Shown one piece after another: positions 24,825 to 25,848 of a stretch of DNA of 25,848 nucleotides (the stretch's first letter is position 1; each line of letters begins with the position of its first letter). The DNA is taken from contig JAZDIV010000090.1 in NCBI GenBank assembly GCA_043804695.1, positions 1 to 25,848 on the forward strand, given 5' to 3'. The stretch is from PVC group bacterium (GTDB lineage: Bacteria > Auribacterota > Erginobacteria > Erginobacterales > Erginobacteraceae). The translations under genes were made by a program, and so were the position numbers. The notes below the pieces were generated by a model, which ran no database searches, was not told where the DNA came from, and saw nothing but the letters and a program-made list of their open reading frames with translations.

Positions 24825-24918
24825 TTCTAACGCTGAGCTGAGCCGACATGGCACAAGCATGCCACCCCAGAGGGGGCTCGCCGGCAAGTGTCTGTATAGC
24901 TCGAATGGGTGATTAGGT
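24825..24918 (-). mobile_element. attC site (94 bp), R'' degenerate
   Basis: Minus strand: R'' ACCTAAT-CACCC-L'' ATTCGAGC ... L' GCTCAGC-TCAGC-R' GTTAGAA; same family as 25614-25700. Confidence 0.8.
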
Positions 24919-24967
24919 GGCGCGGAGCATCGCCGTCCAACCGATAAGAACGAATCTCAGCGCTGAG

Positions 24968-25423
24968 TTATGCCTTATCGGGCTCGTCAGGAAGCTCTAA
25001 GAGACGAACATCATCGAGATCAATTTTTCGCCCTGAAGCCCGCTTGGACAGAATCAGATCTTCCTTCGATGCGACGAAAAAATCCTGGCCCTGGTAATTC
25101 ATCGTCTCTCGTCTTTCCCATGCGTGGTCAAACGTCAAACCCGGGGTATCGGTCTGGACGTCAATACGGACGCGGTCTTTGAAAACGGTAATTTCGTTGG
25201 CCAGAAGCTCTTCAGCAGTGGTGAGAGATGCAGTTCCCAATCCGGCTTGGAGAAGAGCGTCCAAAAGATGCTGGGCATTTTCTATAGAAGCTTCTATCAG
25301 GATATCTAGATCGAAGGTGGCGCGGGGAACGCCATGCAAAACGGCGGCAATGCCACCGATCACCAGATATTTGACATCATGCTCTTGAAAGGAGGCGAAT
25401 ACGCCCGTTAGCCTGTTGATCAT
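24968..25423 (-). CDS. Pol-beta-fold nucleotidyltransferase (DUF6036/AbiEii-like)
   Basis: YLVIGGIAAVLHGVPRATFDLDILI, RIDV and LILSKRASGRKIDLDDV motifs. Confidence 0.85.
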   Translation of the reverse strand: MINRLTGVFASFQEHDVKYLVIGGIAAVLHGVPRATFDLDILIEASIENAQHLLDALLQAGLGTASLTTAEELLANEITVFKDRVRIDVQTDTPGLTFDHAWERRETMNYQGQDFFVASKEDLILSKRASGRKIDLDDVRLLELPDEPDKA

Positions 25424-25577
25424 CTTTGAAATCCGGAAGATTAGGGTTGTGTTGTAGGGCTAAGTCGGTAAACCAGCAGAAAAAGTCCATTCGCTCGGAA
25501 AGAGACAGACCTCTGAACCATCGTGTTTTTGCCTCAATGGATTCATCCGCGCGGTCGTGTGATATGGAAGGGTTCAT
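25377..25577 (-). CDS. 66-aa hypothetical protein, putative partner/antitoxin of the nucleotidyltransferase
   Basis: MNPSISHDRADESIEAKTRWFRGLSLSERMDFFC...; begins 36 bp after an attC R' box and overlaps the next gene by 47 bp. Confidence 0.65.
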   Translation of the reverse strand: MNPSISHDRADESIEAKTRWFRGLSLSERMDFFCWFTDLALQHNPNLPDFKDDQQANGRIRLLSRA

Positions 25578-25613
25578 AATCCTATAGTACCAGTTATCAT
25601 CTTTCAATTCAAC

Positions 25614-25700
25614 ACATAACGCAGAGCTGAGCCGACATGGCACTCGTCCCGATATTGTCATCGGGACGAGTGCCTGTACGGCTCGAGCGGGTGGATAGGC
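25614..25700 (-). mobile_element. attC site (87 bp), R'' degenerate
   Basis: Minus strand: R'' GCCTATC-CACCC-L'' GCTCGAGC ... L' GCTCAGC-TCTGC-R' GTTATGT; perfect 15-bp inner stem 25639-25653/25660-25674. Confidence 0.85.
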
Positions 25701-25848
25701 GGCGCGGAGCGCCGACGTCCATCCGCGAAGAGCGAAGCTCATCTCTGCGATAAGCGGCGCGGAGGCAACCCCCTCGCTTCCGCCATCCTTCGTTATTTTT
25801 TTCTTTCTTTTCCCTTTCTTCTTTTATTCGGCGCGTAGCGCTGCTTAT

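Noticed and set aside
14600..25848. Integrase, transposase, reverse transcriptase or group II intron in the array
   Set aside because: No ORF with tyrosine-recombinase, DDE, HUH or RT motifs, and no intron domain V sequence seen.
25793..25848. 3' end of an upstream cassette gene (..KRRKGKERKK*)
   Set aside because: Only 56 bp of low-complexity sequence at the window edge; it cannot be supported.
1..25848. tRNA or rRNA genes
   Set aside because: No cloverleaf with T-loop/D-loop consensus or rRNA-like sequence was noticed by eye.

Overview
The window has two distinct halves. Bases 1 to ~14580 are GC-rich housekeeping DNA of an apparently anaerobic bacterium, almost all on the minus strand. 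They carry a central-carbon cluster (Re-citrate-synthase-like enzyme with a C-terminal Cache domain, isocitrate/isopropylmalate dehydrogenase, frameshifted malic enzyme, fumarate hydratase alpha subunit, nadB running off the left edge), a DUF362 protein, a 1110-aa sugar-kinase/UDP-sugar-pyrophosphorylase fusion, a PA2779-like/C39-peptidase/TPR trio and a TlpA/CxxC-peptide/4Fe-4S/ferredoxin module. The intergenic gaps there hold 7-mer and 9-mer repeats and long palindromes. From ~14600 to the end the DNA is more AT-rich: a string of unrelated, co-oriented minus-strand genes (deacetylase, hipBA, TlpA-propeller fusion, CBS protein, lipoprotein, FucA-like aldolase, nucleotidyltransferase pair, hypotheticals). 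At least seven integron attC-type sites separate them, so this is a gene-cassette array, with no integrase inside the window. Only one attC keeps both core triplets. The spacers are mosaics of recurring non-coding blocks: REP-like hairpins, MITE-like elements, a ~105-bp block, an ~80-bp block with a sequence-swapped hairpin, and a conserved motif that sits where attC is missing. This decaying, repeat-colonised array is the most interesting system here. All family calls come from motif recognition by eye, not from database searches.
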